64,000 nt of DNA from Opitutaceae bacterium (GCA_051252375.1 JBPOFY010000009.1:32001-96000); one strand, 5' to 3'; counted from the first letter of the stretch, positions 16,989 to 26,540 are shown. Translations and numbers: made by a program. Notes: generated by a model not told the origin, from the sequence alone.

Positions 16989-17776
16989 ACGGTCATCTCC
17001 ATTCGTTTGGCTGCGAGCACGATGTCTGCAACCCGTTGTTCACCTGCTTCGCGCTCAATCGCAAAAGCGCCGTCGTAAGCGATCTCATTGAACGCTTCAA
17101 AAAACTTAGCTGTATCCACTTCACCTTCGCCCCAAGGCACTTCCTGCCCCCATGTGCCGGGGGTGGGAGCGGTCATAGCGTCCTTGATGTGGACGTGCTT
17201 GATCCATGGCGCGAGGATTTGGATCGCTTCGATGGGATCGCCCTTGCCGTAGAGAAGCATGTTGGCGGGATCGAAATTCACTCCGAGTGATGGGTGATTC
17301 AGGTCTTGGAGGCAGGTTCGCAGGGCGGCGGCTGTTTCTTGACCGGTTTCAAGGAGTAGCATGATTCCATGCGCGGCAGCCGCGTCGACCAGTTCTTGTA
17401 TGCGTTCGCAGAAGACTGCGTAGCTAGCGTGGTCAGTATGATCGATAAAGCCTACATGTGTGGACAGGTAGGGGACTTGCATTGCAGCGGTCTTCTCGAT
17501 GGCATCGAACATCAAGGCGCGGTTGTTTGGCCATTCTGCATCTGGTATGATGCCGCCGGTCGCTTTGATACTTTCGAGTGTGCTGTAGTCCTCCTGGGGG
17601 AAGCTGATCATCGTCGAGCTGATGGTCCAGCCGTGTGCTTTGATCGCGGGTTTGAACGTGTCCAAATCGGAGATGTCGAGGTGTAGACCGGATAGCCCTG
17701 TTTGTTGCATCACCTCGGTAACGCGCTTCAGGTCATTCTGTAGTGACCATGTGCAAATGCTGGTTCTTGTTTTCAT
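16985..17776 (-). CDS. Sugar phosphate isomerase/epimerase, xylose-isomerase-like TIM barrel
   Basis: LLETGQE, VNFDPAN, HVHIKDA and IERE metal-binding pattern. Confidence 0.88.
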   Translation of the reverse strand: MKTRTSICTWSLQNDLKRVTEVMQQTGLSGLHLDISDLDTFKPAIKAHGWTISSTMISFPQEDYSTLESIKATGGIIPDAEWPNNRALMFDAIEKTAAMQVPYLSTHVGFIDHTDHASYAVFCERIQELVDAAAAHGIMLLLETGQETAAALRTCLQDLNHPSLGVNFDPANMLLYGKGDPIEAIQILAPWIKHVHIKDAMTAPTPGTWGQEVPWGEGEVDTAKFFEAFNEIAYDGAFAIEREAGEQRVADIVLAAKRMEMTV

Positions 17777-18733
17777 TTATACGGTTTCTAGAGCCATACG
17801 GACTGACTCGGTTGCTTGCGCTGGGGTAATGATTTCTTGTGTAGTGGTTCCGCTGATACGTTCGGCGAAATGCTTGACCTCTGCGCTATATCCATCGCCG
17901 GCGGGGATCTCTGGCTCGAAGCTGTCGCCTTCGGCTGGAATGACTTTGAGTGTTTGACCGTCGAAAATCGCGGTAGCGCTATCGAACATGATACGGTAAG
18001 CCATTTTGAAACCGAAGGATTCCGGCATCTGCCAGCTTGCCGTTGCGTTGACGATCAGATCCTTTCCGAAGTCGAGAGATGATTGCAGGTGAACTGGCAC
18101 TCCGTTCTCGTTGTGAGATTGCTGGGCGTTGATGGCTTGTGGCGTGCCAAACACATACTGTATGAAATCGAGATCATGGATGTGAAGGTCGAGTGCTATG
18201 CCGCCGCTCTTTTCGGAATCTGCCAGCCAGTTGCTCCATTTGGGTGCATAGGTGAGTCGCTCAAAGTCGGCGACAAGAACGTTGCCATAGGTCTTCGCAT
18301 CTACGATTTGCTTGAGCCACGCGTATTGTGGCCAAAAGCGGATACAATGCGCGACCATTAGCTGTTTGCCTGCAGCTGTTGCCGCATCTGTCATGGCTTG
18401 GCAGTCCTCCACATTAAGCGCCATCGGCTTTTCGCAGAGAACATGCACGCCAGCTTGTAGGCATTGTATGGACACATCTTTGTGCAAATGTGTCGGCAGG
18501 GTGATCGATACGGCGTCCAAGTTTTCCTGGGCGAGCATTTCGGCGAGATCGGTGTAGATGGCCACGCCGTCTAGGTCTAGTTGGTCGGAGTCGCCCGCGA
18601 TGTTACCTTGTTTCGCCTGTTCCGTTACCGGACTGCGTGTGCAGACGGCTGCGATCTGAGCGCCTTCTACTTGTTGCCAAGCGTTGAAGTGCATGCCGCC
18701 CATGAAGCCTAAACCGATGATGCCGACTCTCAT
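17777..18733 (-). CDS. Gfo/Idh/MocA family oxidoreductase
   Basis: GIIGLGFMG, HVLCEKPMA, DLHIHDLD. Confidence 0.92.
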   Translation of the reverse strand: MRVGIIGLGFMGGMHFNAWQQVEGAQIAAVCTRSPVTEQAKQGNIAGDSDQLDLDGVAIYTDLAEMLAQENLDAVSITLPTHLHKDVSIQCLQAGVHVLCEKPMALNVEDCQAMTDAATAAGKQLMVAHCIRFWPQYAWLKQIVDAKTYGNVLVADFERLTYAPKWSNWLADSEKSGGIALDLHIHDLDFIQYVFGTPQAINAQQSHNENGVPVHLQSSLDFGKDLIVNATASWQMPESFGFKMAYRIMFDSATAIFDGQTLKVIPAEGDSFEPEIPAGDGYSAEVKHFAERISGTTTQEIITPAQATESVRMALETV

Positions 18734-20055
18734 GTGCTGAGCCCTTCGACTTTCCAGCCTGCACGGTAAGTTTTAGAAATGTATTGGTTGGCCTTGTCGG
18801 AATTTGTGAAGCGTAGGTTCTTGGCGTCCCAATTCAGTGTTTCATTAGGAAAGCGTGAAGCGAGTGCGCCGAGCAACACGGTTTCGGTGAGTGGACCACC
18901 ATAATCAGCAAAGTCTGCAAGCGGCTTCTTCTTACCGCCAAGAATAGCATTTGCAAAATCCTTGTAGTGGTTGCGCGCTTCTAATTTAGGATAGCGATAG
19001 TCTGCAAATTTCTCACGAGGATAGGGGACTGGAAGTTCTACGTGCGGTTGAAGCAGGATGCCTTCGGTGCCGATGAAAATGGAGCCTTGATTGGGCATCT
19101 TCTCGCCGAACATTTCGATCAGTTCTTGTGGTGGGCGCAATGAGCCATCTGTCCAAGTGACTTTGACGGTGTCACCTGCAGTTAACTCATTACCCGGAAA
19201 AATGTATTCGAAGGATTCGTCGACTGCCCAATTATGTTCGTTGGGAACATTGCCGATTGATTTTACCGAGATCAGAGCGCGGATACCCAAGGCTTGAAAC
19301 ATTGGGCTGTAGATATGGCAGCCCATATCACCTAAGGTGCCAGTGCCAAAGTCCAAACGCGCGCGCCAACTACCAGGGTGATAGTAATCGTCGATGTATG
19401 GACGTTCTTCTGCCACGCCTAGCCACAGATCCCAGTCGAAGCCTGCAGGGACGGGAGCGGTTCGCTCCGGGCGTGGCTTGGAGTCGCCCCAAGTCTTGTG
19501 GCTGAACATGTGGACCTCTTTGACTTTACCGATCACGCCGTCTTGAATCATGCGAGCGGCTAAGCGTTCGTAGGTGCTTGAAGTTAACTGCGTTCCCATC
19601 TGTGTGACCACGCCGGTCTCTTTGGCGATCTCAGCCATGCGACGTGTTTCGTAGAGGGTTTGTGCCAGAGGCTTTTGACCATAAACGTTTATCCCCATTT
19701 GCATGGCAGTCACACCGATCGGCGCGTGCATGTGGTCGGGAGTGGATACATTAACAGAGTCAAGGTGCTTGCCTTCCTTCTCCAAAAGCACGCGCCAGTC
19801 TTTATAGACCCGCACATCCGGAAAGGCTTCTTTCAGTCGAACAAGATTGTTGTCATCCACCTCCGCGACGGCACGCAGAGTGAGGTTCGGGTGATTCGAG
19901 AGCGTCTTAAGATCTGCGAACGCCATCCCATTCGCACCAAAGCTGGCGTGGTTGATGGTATTGCTAGGCGTGGTGTCCGCTCTGGCTATGTTGAATAGCG
20001 GCAAGCTGGTTGCTGTTAGAGCAACGTTGCGGATGAATGTGCGTCTAGTTTGCAT
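18730..20055 (-). CDS. Tat-exported Gfo/Idh/MocA family oxidoreductase
   Basis: TRRTFI twin-arginine signal, STPDHMH, QKPL, GTGTLGDMGCH. Confidence 0.92.
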   Translation of the reverse strand: MQTRRTFIRNVALTATSLPLFNIARADTTPSNTINHASFGANGMAFADLKTLSNHPNLTLRAVAEVDDNNLVRLKEAFPDVRVYKDWRVLLEKEGKHLDSVNVSTPDHMHAPIGVTAMQMGINVYGQKPLAQTLYETRRMAEIAKETGVVTQMGTQLTSSTYERLAARMIQDGVIGKVKEVHMFSHKTWGDSKPRPERTAPVPAGFDWDLWLGVAEERPYIDDYYHPGSWRARLDFGTGTLGDMGCHIYSPMFQALGIRALISVKSIGNVPNEHNWAVDESFEYIFPGNELTAGDTVKVTWTDGSLRPPQELIEMFGEKMPNQGSIFIGTEGILLQPHVELPVPYPREKFADYRYPKLEARNHYKDFANAILGGKKKPLADFADYGGPLTETVLLGALASRFPNETLNWDAKNLRFTNSDKANQYISKTYRAGWKVEGLST

Positions 20056-20686
20056 GGGTTAATTCTTTGATTGATAAATTGCGGAAGGCGACGGGGTCGC
20101 CATGACCCGCAAAGCCGAAGTGACCGCTTGTGTTGTCTTTGCCTGGGTGCGCGGACTCGTTCATGAACTCAGTGACTTCGGCAAGGTCCGCGTCGAGGAT
20201 GACTTCGCCATTGAGCACGACATGGATCGTCGAACCGATCACGGTGACGGTCTGAGTGTTCCATTCGCCGACTGGTTTCAAATAGCCGCGCTTGGCAGCA
20301 ATCATACCATATACCGACCCGTGATATTGGCGGGTATCCAGCTTGGCATATTTCTCAGCTGTATTGTCGAGCACCTGTAGCTCGCACATGCCAGCGTAAG
20401 CGGGGTTACCTGTGCCAGGATAGCGAATCGCCAGACCGTTGTTGCCGCCCTCGGGGAGCTTGAACTCAAAGCGAACAACAAAGTCTGTGAAAGTTTGCTT
20501 CGTGTAGATCGTTCCACCGCTGCCTGGATTGCAGCGAATCTCGCCATCGGCGAAGGTGTAATTCTCAATGGCACCCGCCCAACCTTCCGCGCTTTCATCA
20601 TCGAAGAGCGGTTTGGATTTTGTAGAATGGCAGCCACTTAGAAGGGGGAGTAGGCTGGCTAGTAGAATAAGTCGTAGGGCGTTCAT
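20045..20686 (-). CDS. DUF1080 (3-keto-disaccharide hydrolase family) lipoprotein
   Basis: Lipobox LSGC after MNALRL (start 20686); GGNNG, ELQVLD, KPVGEWN, GHFGFAGH and FRNLSIKEL motifs. Confidence 0.88.
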   Translation of the reverse strand: MNALRLILLASLLPLLSGCHSTKSKPLFDDESAEGWAGAIENYTFADGEIRCNPGSGGTIYTKQTFTDFVVRFEFKLPEGGNNGLAIRYPGTGNPAYAGMCELQVLDNTAEKYAKLDTRQYHGSVYGMIAAKRGYLKPVGEWNTQTVTVIGSTIHVVLNGEVILDADLAEVTEFMNESAHPGKDNTSGHFGFAGHGDPVAFRNLSIKELTHAN

Positions 20687-20696
20687 TATTGATATA

Positions 20697-20764
20697 TGTG
20701 AAGATGTATCGAGGGAGTGAAGCGTGGAGCGCGTAACGGAATTAATGGCATCGGCTGGTTGAAG
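20697..20764 (-). other. Degenerate attC-like recombination site
   Basis: On the minus strand TTCAAC follows the stop codon of 20766-21374 and begins a ~68 nt imperfect palindrome with a GCGCTCCACGC centre; the terminal GTT is missing. Confidence 0.45.
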
Positions 20765-20765
20765 T

Positions 20766-21374
20766 TTAGTCCATTCCAAAGCCTCCAAATGGGTCAAACA
20801 ATATGATCTTCTTGTGCTCTTTCAATTTAATCGTCCCGAGGTCTACTTCGAAGACTTTACTGTATCTTCCATCGATTTCGGCTTCTCTTGATACGAGCAT
20901 AAATCGTGTTTTCCTACTGTCTTTCCTCGGTCGCATATCCAATAGAATCCAACGCTTATATTCTTCGAATGCCATTTTTATACTTTCTGGCGATGGCATG
21001 CGTTCGAATCTGACGGCTGGTGTAATTTCGCCTTGTGTCGCTTCGACTTGGTCAAAATCGATGAAGTTTGCTCTTTGGACTTTTGGAATTCGGGTGAACC
21101 CATTTTCTTCAGAGTAGATGTCTCTTACTTCTTTTCCAAACGTTCCTTTTACTGCCTCGATCGTTCCTGTTTGGATGTCGATCCTTATGACTAATTCTTC
21201 TTTCTTTCGCTCGTCGAGATACCCAGGGATATACACGGCATCACCCTTAGCGTAAGCCGAGTAGTAGTGAAACTGTGCTTCGGTTTCCCAGCTGTCGTAA
21301 GCTGGTGTTGGAATCACACAAGAGGATAAAGCTAAGCAAGTGAAAGCAGAGATTATTTGGATTGCTGTTCTCAT
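20766..21374 (-). CDS. Hypothetical lipoprotein, AT-richer than its neighbours
   Basis: Lipobox LSSC; no family recognised; sampled 60-nt lines are 37-43% GC. Confidence 0.7.
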   Translation of the reverse strand: MRTAIQIISAFTCLALSSCVIPTPAYDSWETEAQFHYYSAYAKGDAVYIPGYLDERKKEELVIRIDIQTGTIEAVKGTFGKEVRDIYSEENGFTRIPKVQRANFIDFDQVEATQGEITPAVRFERMPSPESIKMAFEEYKRWILLDMRPRKDSRKTRFMLVSREAEIDGRYSKVFEVDLGTIKLKEHKKIILFDPFGGFGMD

Positions 21375-21386
21375 TTAATCGTCGGG

Positions 21387-22922
21387 CTACTCAAGACCGG
21401 AGCGCGGAGCGCTATTGCTCACTGGCTCAGTGATATCGTAGTTTTGACGTAAGCGCTGTAGCTCGATGTTGAGTTTTTTGCGCACTTCGGCATACTCGGG
21501 GTTATCAAACTGGCTTTTCATTTCACTGGGGTCTTTCTCAAGGTCGAACAGTTCCCACTCGTTGGTGTGGTAGAAGTGTATGAGTTTGTAGCGAGCGTTG
21601 CGCACGCCTTCGTGTCTGGGGACTCCATGGAAACCGTGCTCATAGTAGTGGTAGTAGATGGAGTCGCGCCAGTCATCTGTGGGCTCGTTCTTGAGGAAGG
21701 GCAATAGGCTGTTTCCTTGCATCTCTTCAGGCACCGAGGCGTTTGCGATCTCGATTAGGGTTGGGGCGTAGTCGATGTTTTGCACGAGTTCGGTGACTTC
21801 GCTGCCGGGTTGAATCGTGCCTGGCCAACGCATGATGAGTGGCATACGGAGGGACTCTTCATACATCCATCGCTTATCAAACCAGCCGTGTTCGCCGAGA
21901 TAAAAACCTTGGTCGGAGCTGTAAATCACGATCGTGTTTTTATCCAATCCGCTCTCGCTTAGGTAATCGAGGATATGCCCGATATTCTCGTCCACTGCGG
22001 CGACGCAGCGTAAGTAATCTTTGATATAGCGTTGGTATTTCCAACGCACCAGTTCCTTGCCTGTGAGGTTTTCTGGTTGGGTCGCTTTGTTACGTGCGTC
22101 GTAGGTCGACTTCCACAGTTCTTTTTGAGCGTCGTTCATACGCTTCCAATCAAAAGTGCCCTCGCTGGGCACCATGAGGTCGAAGGTCATAGCCATGTGT
22201 TCGTCGATGCCCATTTCGTGTTTGGCGGCAGAACTCGTGCGGCCTTGGTAGTCGTCAAACAAGGTCTCTGGTTCTGGAATGGTTTCGTCGGCATACAATT
22301 CGTGATACTTGGGTCCCGGTAACCATTGGCGATGGGGTGCTTTAAACTGACACATCAACATGAAGGGTTGATCTGTCGGGCGTCGCTTGAGGAAGTCTAG
22401 GGCGAGGCCAGCGGTGACATCGACTGAATAGCCGGTTATGCGCTTAGTGCCTTCGGGTGTGCGATAGTCGGGGTTGTAGTAATGACCTTGTCCTGGATAG
22501 ACCATCCATTCGTCAAAGCCTGTTGGGTCCGACCTGAGGTGCCACTTGCCGAAGATGGCAGTGCGATAACCTGCACCTTGCAAGATCTGTGGGAATGTCA
22601 CCTGACTGCCGTCGAATGTATCTCGGTTGTCACGTTGACCGTTTAAGTGACTGTGCTTGCCAGTCAGGATATTGGCTCGGCTGGGCGCACAAATCGAATT
22701 GGCGCAGAAACTGTTGCGAAAGATGATGCCTTCGTCAGCGAGTCGGTCGATGTTGGGTGTCTGGTTGATCTTTGAGCCGTAGGCGCTGATCGACTGGGGG
22801 GCATGATCATCGCTGAATAGAAACAAGATGTTTGGGCGGTCTGCCGCAGTGACTGCATGGGCGACTACTAGGCATGCGGCTGCGATGGCAGTCAGTGTTT
22901 TGGGGAAATGATGGGGTTTCAT
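21387..22922 (-). CDS. S1 sulfatase (N-acetylglucosamine-6-sulfatase-like)
   Basis: RPNILFLFSDDH, CAPSRANILTG, GKWHL, SDQGFYLGEHGWFDKRWMYEES. Confidence 0.93.
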   Translation of the reverse strand: MKPHHFPKTLTAIAAACLVVAHAVTAADRPNILFLFSDDHAPQSISAYGSKINQTPNIDRLADEGIIFRNSFCANSICAPSRANILTGKHSHLNGQRDNRDTFDGSQVTFPQILQGAGYRTAIFGKWHLRSDPTGFDEWMVYPGQGHYYNPDYRTPEGTKRITGYSVDVTAGLALDFLKRRPTDQPFMLMCQFKAPHRQWLPGPKYHELYADETIPEPETLFDDYQGRTSSAAKHEMGIDEHMAMTFDLMVPSEGTFDWKRMNDAQKELWKSTYDARNKATQPENLTGKELVRWKYQRYIKDYLRCVAAVDENIGHILDYLSESGLDKNTIVIYSSDQGFYLGEHGWFDKRWMYEESLRMPLIMRWPGTIQPGSEVTELVQNIDYAPTLIEIANASVPEEMQGNSLLPFLKNEPTDDWRDSIYYHYYEHGFHGVPRHEGVRNARYKLIHFYHTNEWELFDLEKDPSEMKSQFDNPEYAEVRKKLNIELQRLRQNYDITEPVSNSAPRSGLE

Positions 22923-22960
22923 GTGGTCTCGAGTTTTGTGTAAGTCGTCATTTTTTGATG

Positions 22961-24319
22961 TTAGCGTGCGGCTGCTTTTAGTTCGGCAAAGCGGCTTCGC
23001 ATTTCGTCGAGTCGCGGTTGATGTTCTGGATTGTTCACCAAGTCGTTTTCCTCTCGGGGGTCGGCAATGAGGTTGAATAGCTGCTCACGGTCAAAGTCTG
23101 GCCAGTAGATGTATTTCCAATCTTTGCGGACGAGCGCTTCTGAGGAGGGAATGAAATCAATACTACGATGGGTGGGATGTTCGTAGAAAAATTCGCTACG
23201 CCATTCAGGCTTATTCTCCAAAAGATAGAGTGGGGCGAGGTCACTGCCCTGCATACTTGATGGTGGGGTTATGCCCGCAGCCGAGAGAATTGTCGGCGCG
23301 AGATCCACGTTCAGCGCGAAGTCGTCGTTGGTGGTGCCGATCATTTGCTGCGGCATTCGCGGATCTTTGATGATGAGTGGCACGCGGATGCTTTCTTGGT
23401 GCGGATACCATTTATCTGCGAGACCGTGCTCACCATGATAGTAGCCATTGTCGCCAGTGAATATGATGAGGGTGTTGTCGAGTGCGCCTTGAGCTTCGAG
23501 CTCCGCGATGAGACGCCCACAGGTGCTGTCCACTTCGGTGGCTAAACGATAATAGTTTTTCATCATCGTTTGATATTTTTCAGGTGTATCGAAACGCCAA
23601 TGCCAGCGCGCGCGACCTTCGTTTTGTTCGTTGGCAATGAATTCTGGCAATCGCTTAAACGAAGCTTCCGTGGCATTGGGCGGCACGGGGATTGTGGTCT
23701 CTTTATACAGTTCCATACTTTCAGGCTGCGGCAGGAATTGTAGGGGATTACGGTCTTCAGCATGTGTGGCAAAGAATGCGACCGTGAGGTAGAAAGGTTT
23801 GTCTAGCGGACGCGTTCGGAGAAATTCGAGTGAATCGTTTTCGTTCCTCTGAGTGACATGGGTTTTGCTGCCGTCTGGATTTTTGATCCAGTGAACGCCT
23901 GCATAGGAGCGGCCGAAGTCGAAATACTGCGCGGGGAATCGTCCGTTGTGCCATTTGCCTACATGCCCCACCCAGTAGCCATGGCTCCTTAGCTGTCCGG
24001 GCATGGTGTGCTCCCAAGGAGTCTTAAACATTTTGAACGACATGTTCTGGTGGCGTGACATCCATTGACCAGTGTAGAGCGAGGCGCGACTGACGCCGCA
24101 AATAGCCGTTGTCACAGTCGCTTGTGTGAATCGTAGGCCTTGGCTCGACAGTTTGTCTAGTTGCGGAGTGAGCACTACAGGATTACCCGCGACCCCCAGT
24201 GTGTCGTTGCGCCAGTCGTCTGCGTAGAGCACGAGCACATTCATGGGTTGGGTGTTCTCAGCGTTGGCGTGTATGCTAAACAGTAGAAGGGCAGTTAGAT
24301 AATAGCTGATTTTTAGCAT
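22961..24319 (-). CDS. S1 sulfatase
   Basis: [40 protein letters not shown]. Confidence 0.9.
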   Translation of the reverse strand: MLKISYYLTALLLFSIHANAENTQPMNVLVLYADDWRNDTLGVAGNPVVLTPQLDKLSSQGLRFTQATVTTAICGVSRASLYTGQWMSRHQNMSFKMFKTPWEHTMPGQLRSHGYWVGHVGKWHNGRFPAQYFDFGRSYAGVHWIKNPDGSKTHVTQRNENDSLEFLRTRPLDKPFYLTVAFFATHAEDRNPLQFLPQPESMELYKETTIPVPPNATEASFKRLPEFIANEQNEGRARWHWRFDTPEKYQTMMKNYYRLATEVDSTCGRLIAELEAQGALDNTLIIFTGDNGYYHGEHGLADKWYPHQESIRVPLIIKDPRMPQQMIGTTNDDFALNVDLAPTILSAAGITPPSSMQGSDLAPLYLLENKPEWRSEFFYEHPTHRSIDFIPSSEALVRKDWKYIYWPDFDREQLFNLIADPREENDLVNNPEHQPRLDEMRSRFAELKAAAR

Positions 24320-24487
24320 CAAGTCTTGGGGCTTATTGTTTTCGCTGGGCGCAATCAGGAACCTAGCGTCTCAAATAGCTGCATCAACCTAAATTCGGTA
24401 GTAGAATGACGTTCTGTTTTTTTAAGACACGGATGGACGTGCATGGATTCAGAAATGGTCGCATACGTAATACTTGTCCGCAACTTC

Positions 24488-24550
24488 CCCGTTGCCGAGC
24501 AACGAGGCTACGTGGTGCTTTTTCTTGTAGCCTCGAAGCTCGGCTTCGGG
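24488..24550. repeat. Outward-facing REP doublet, GTAG family C
   Basis: Inverted GTAGCCTCGTTGCTCGGCAACGGG and direct GTAGCCTCGAAGCTCGGCTTCGGG; the two stems differ by compensatory changes. Confidence 0.75.
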
Positions 24551-24641
24551 GGGCGTATAGCTGACGACCGCTTATCCATCTGGTCGGATGAAATCATAGT
24601 GAAGGTTGACCCTTCGGGTTAGTGGCTACATTTTCAGTGTT

Positions 24642-25091
24642 ATGAAATACCCCGCTTCTGTAATTTGTCTATTCATGTTGTTGTTCAGCTCGCTTGCGGC
24701 GGAGTCTGTTTTTGAGTCCGTAGCGATCGCGAAGACAGACTTTAAAATCACTTTTGATAATGCGACTGCTGAGGTGGTTATGCAGGGGATTACACAACGA
24801 GCTGTTACAGAAGCCATTAAAGGTGAGGACGGCGCGCAGGATTATATAGCTTACCAAGCGTATCATCTTGAATTCGCTTTCAAGCAGAAGTTTAGCAATC
24901 AAAGGAAGTATTCAACGATCGAGTTCTATCGCGGAAATACCGTCATTCATGTGATGGAATTGAGTGATCCCAGCCGAAAGATTTCTACTACACGCAACCG
25001 TTTAAATGAGTCCAATTACATGGCGATCAATCTGGAGGGTATCCCTCTGCTCATGTTGGACGACGTAACGCGTATTAATTTCGAGCGTTAA
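24642..25091 (+). CDS. Secreted hypothetical protein
   Basis: Signal peptide MKYPASVICLFMLLFSSLAA; no family recognised. Confidence 0.7.
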   Translation: MKYPASVICLFMLLFSSLAAESVFESVAIAKTDFKITFDNATAEVVMQGITQRAVTEAIKGEDGAQDYIAYQAYHLEFAFKQKFSNQRKYSTIEFYRGNTVIHVMELSDPSRKISTTRNRLNESNYMAINLEGIPLLMLDDVTRINFER

Positions 25092-25411
25092 TCGCTCGGC
25101 TCGTTACCTTGCAGCTTAGCTTCCAGCTGCTTGAGGAACTCCCAACTGAAAAGACCGCTGCTGTGACCATCGCTGAAGGTCGGGCGCATGGCGTAGTTGC
25201 CTTGGAAGTCCCATTCTTTGATGGTGACGCCAGGGAACTCTTTGGGGCCGTCGCCACCATACTTGTTGCCGAGAATATCCATTTCGCCGACGTTCTGCGC
25301 ACTTGGTGAATGTTGGCGCAAAAACTCTGCGGAGAAAAAACTTTCCGTGCCGTCATCCCATAGAATGCAGAGCTCGTCGCCTATGAGTTGGATGTTGGAT
25401 GGTTTTGGCAT
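25088..25411 (-). CDS. DUF971 / gamma-butyrobetaine hydroxylase-like N-terminal domain protein
   Basis: WDDG, FLRQHSPSA and GNYA...FSDGHSSGLFSW motifs. Confidence 0.88.
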   Translation of the reverse strand: MPKPSNIQLIGDELCILWDDGTESFFSAEFLRQHSPSAQNVGEMDILGNKYGGDGPKEFPGVTIKEWDFQGNYAMRPTFSDGHSSGLFSWEFLKQLEAKLQGNEPSD

Positions 25412-25445
25412 TTAAAGTGGGGAGTGGTGAGTTATGAGTGTATTT

Positions 25446-25520
25446 GGTAGGGACGCCTGCCCCTAGGCGTCCGGGCCATTTCCTTCCAGCCTCGGACGCC
25501 TGTGGGCAGGCGTCCCTACC
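25446..25520. repeat. REP doublet (REPIN), GTAG family A
   Basis: GGTAGGGACGCCTGCCCCTAGGCGTCC...GGACGCCTGTGGGCAGGCGTCCCTACC, downstream of metF. Confidence 0.9.
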
Positions 25521-25535
25521 TTTAATGTCATCGAA

Positions 25536-26426
25536 TCATTTGTAGAACCCCGCGGCTTGAAGTCTATCCATCAATGCGACAGCAGGCTTTGCGCGATTCA
25601 TGATGTAAAGGTGTAAGCCAGGCGCGCCTTTTTCAAGGAGTTCACGGGCTTGCTGATAAGTCCATTCGACGCCGATTGTTTCGACGGCGGATTTGTCGTC
25701 GCCAGCGGCGAGTAGTTGCGCATCGAGTTCGGCGGGGATGGAGGTGCCACACATGTCGCAGAATCGTAGTGCTTGATCGCGCGAGGCGATGGACATCAGT
25801 CCGGGCAAGACGGGAATCGTGATGCCGGCACGGCGGCAGTTGTCTACGAAAGTGAAATAGTGGGCGTTATCGAAAAACAACTGGGTGGTGACGAAGTCGG
25901 CGCCAGCGTCGACTTTGCGTTTCAAGTTGAGGAGATCGATATCGGCTGAACTAGCCTCGGGGTGCTTTTCGGGATAACCTGCGACACCGAGCACGCACTC
26001 TGGATAGACTTCATTGATCAGTTCAACGAGTTCGTTGGCGTAGCTGAGTCCATCTGGGTGGGGCGTGAAATTGGTTTCGCCTTTTGGCGGATCGCCGCGG
26101 AGGGCCATGATCTGGCTGAGCCCGGCATCTTTGAACTCTGCGATAATACTTTTCAGCTCGTCGCGGGAGTGCCCGACACAGGTCAAGTGCGGCATGACGA
26201 CATAATCGTAGTCTTCGCGCAGGCTGCGGGCATATTTAAGGGTGCGGCTACGTGTGCTTCCCCCAGCGCCATAAGTGATGGAGGCGAAATCGGGGGAGTA
26301 GGCACGCAAACGTTCTGCAGTGCGTAGCAGTTGCACGGCAGTTTGGTCCGATTTAGGCGGGAAGAACTCGATTGAAAAGAGTGGGTCCGTGCCTTCGAGG
26401 CGTTGCTTGATTGAAAGATTTGTCAT
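25536..26426 (-). CDS. metF: 5,10-methylenetetrahydrofolate reductase
   Basis: SIEFFPPK, ITYGAGGST, HLTCVG, ALRGDPP, AGYPEKHPE, TQLFFD. Start MTNLSIK at 26426. Confidence 0.95.
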   Translation of the reverse strand: MTNLSIKQRLEGTDPLFSIEFFPPKSDQTAVQLLRTAERLRAYSPDFASITYGAGGSTRSRTLKYARSLREDYDYVVMPHLTCVGHSRDELKSIIAEFKDAGLSQIMALRGDPPKGETNFTPHPDGLSYANELVELINEVYPECVLGVAGYPEKHPEASSADIDLLNLKRKVDAGADFVTTQLFFDNAHYFTFVDNCRRAGITIPVLPGLMSIASRDQALRFCDMCGTSIPAELDAQLLAAGDDKSAVETIGVEWTYQQARELLEKGAPGLHLYIMNRAKPAVALMDRLQAAGFYK

Positions 26427-26540
26427 TTGACGGATCAAAATATAATGATATGTTGATATGTAAAGTGGTAACTTCGATTTTGGTCTGGATTCAAGGGCTT
26501 GTCGACCTATACCCAAGCAGAATAGTTGTATTTTTAATTC

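Noticed and set aside
20687..20797. N-terminal extension of the DUF1080 ORF
   Set aside because: It runs through the attC-like palindrome and overlaps the upstream gene; Met 20686 gives a clean lipoprotein signal.
4899..24550. Intact integrative island or prophage at tRNA-His
   Set aside because: No integrase, phage or conjugation genes were seen, and the tRNA duplicate is only about 130 bp away; no distal att copy was noticed by eye.
26427..26540. SAM or other riboswitch between divergent metF and metX
   Set aside because: The 114-bp gap is AT-rich, must hold two promoters, and shows no recognisable SAM-I/II core.
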